Shown here in pieces: positions 63,078-64,000 of a stretch of 64,000 bases of DNA. Source of the stretch: Octopus sinensis. Its lineage: Eukaryota. The notes below the pieces were generated by a model. That model was not told the DNA's origin and did no database searches. It was given only the letters and a program-made list of their open reading frames with translations. Numbering within the stretch: position 1 is the stretch's first letter; every line of letters starts with the position of its first letter. Location: NCBI RefSeq assembly GCF_006345805.1, contig NC_042998.1, forward strand, positions 43,834,001 to 43,898,000. Reading direction: 5' to 3'. Position numbers and translations under genes: made by a program.

Positions 63078-63354
63078 TCAAATCAGATATATTAACCGAT
63101 ATCAAGGATAACTTACCCGAATACTAATAAATAACAATCCTCAACAACTCAACCACTATTGATACTTTTAACTGACTAAAAACTTTCTCTAAATTAATGG
63201 TCCAGATGAGAATGTCATATGCAAAATATTTCCATATTCAGACAGCTACATATAATAACTAAAAAAACCATTGCCTTTTAGATATCAGATATAAAAGGAC
63301 AAAGAACCCCGTTCAGGGACAAATGACCATGGGATTGCACCTATAAAGCTTCCC

Positions 63355-63660
<306 letters not shown>

Positions 63661-63681
63661 TATTTTTCCTGTTTGCATCAA

Positions 63682-63712
<31 letters not shown>

Positions 63713-63750
63713 CACACACACACACACCACACACACATATATATATATAT

Positions 63751-63803
<53 letters not shown>

Positions 63804-64000
63804 TATATGCATATATACATATATGCATATTTACATATATGCATATATACACAGATATGTATACTTTATTAAAAAGCAGCAAAATATAACAAAAACTCTT
63901 ACTTAGAGTTTCACGTTCCCATTTGTCGGACAGTTTTTTTTTTTTAGAATGGAACTAAAATAAGGGTGTAAGTAAAAAATATACAAGTAGTTTAATAGAC

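Noticed and set aside
63113-63180. Minus-strand exon suggested by a strong CGG|GTAAGT donor
   Set aside because: All three frames contain stops and the acceptor is ambiguous; at most a non-coding exon.

Overview
Eukaryotic, very AT-rich DNA saturated with microsatellites, SINEs and LINEs. The repeat content suggests a coleoid cephalopod, most likely Octopus (inference, not database-confirmed). One clear protein-coding gene: an innexin gap-junction subunit (+, 3900-5141), whose true start probably lies in an upstream exon spliced to an acceptor at 3934/3935. There are weak signs of a second, intron-rich gene on the minus strand (candidate terminal exon 24090-24235; candidate small exons further right). 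The rest is a transposon landscape: a full-length 6.2-kb Tx1/L1-like LINE embedded in a (TATC)n tract (48024-54235); an older Tx1-like LINE on the minus strand (29210-33968); a 5'-truncated R4/Dong-type element between (AAT)n arrays; CR1 and RTE fragments; at least three tRNA-type SINE families; several MITEs with diagnostic TIRs/TSDs; two non-autonomous Helitrons; and degenerate hammerhead-like motifs. The most interesting theme is that microsatellites appear to be landing pads for different retroelement families, with a candidate (TATC/GATA)n-targeting Tx1 lineage as the top lead. Most ORFs in the supplied track are microsatellite translations. All assignments were made by eye without alignment tools.
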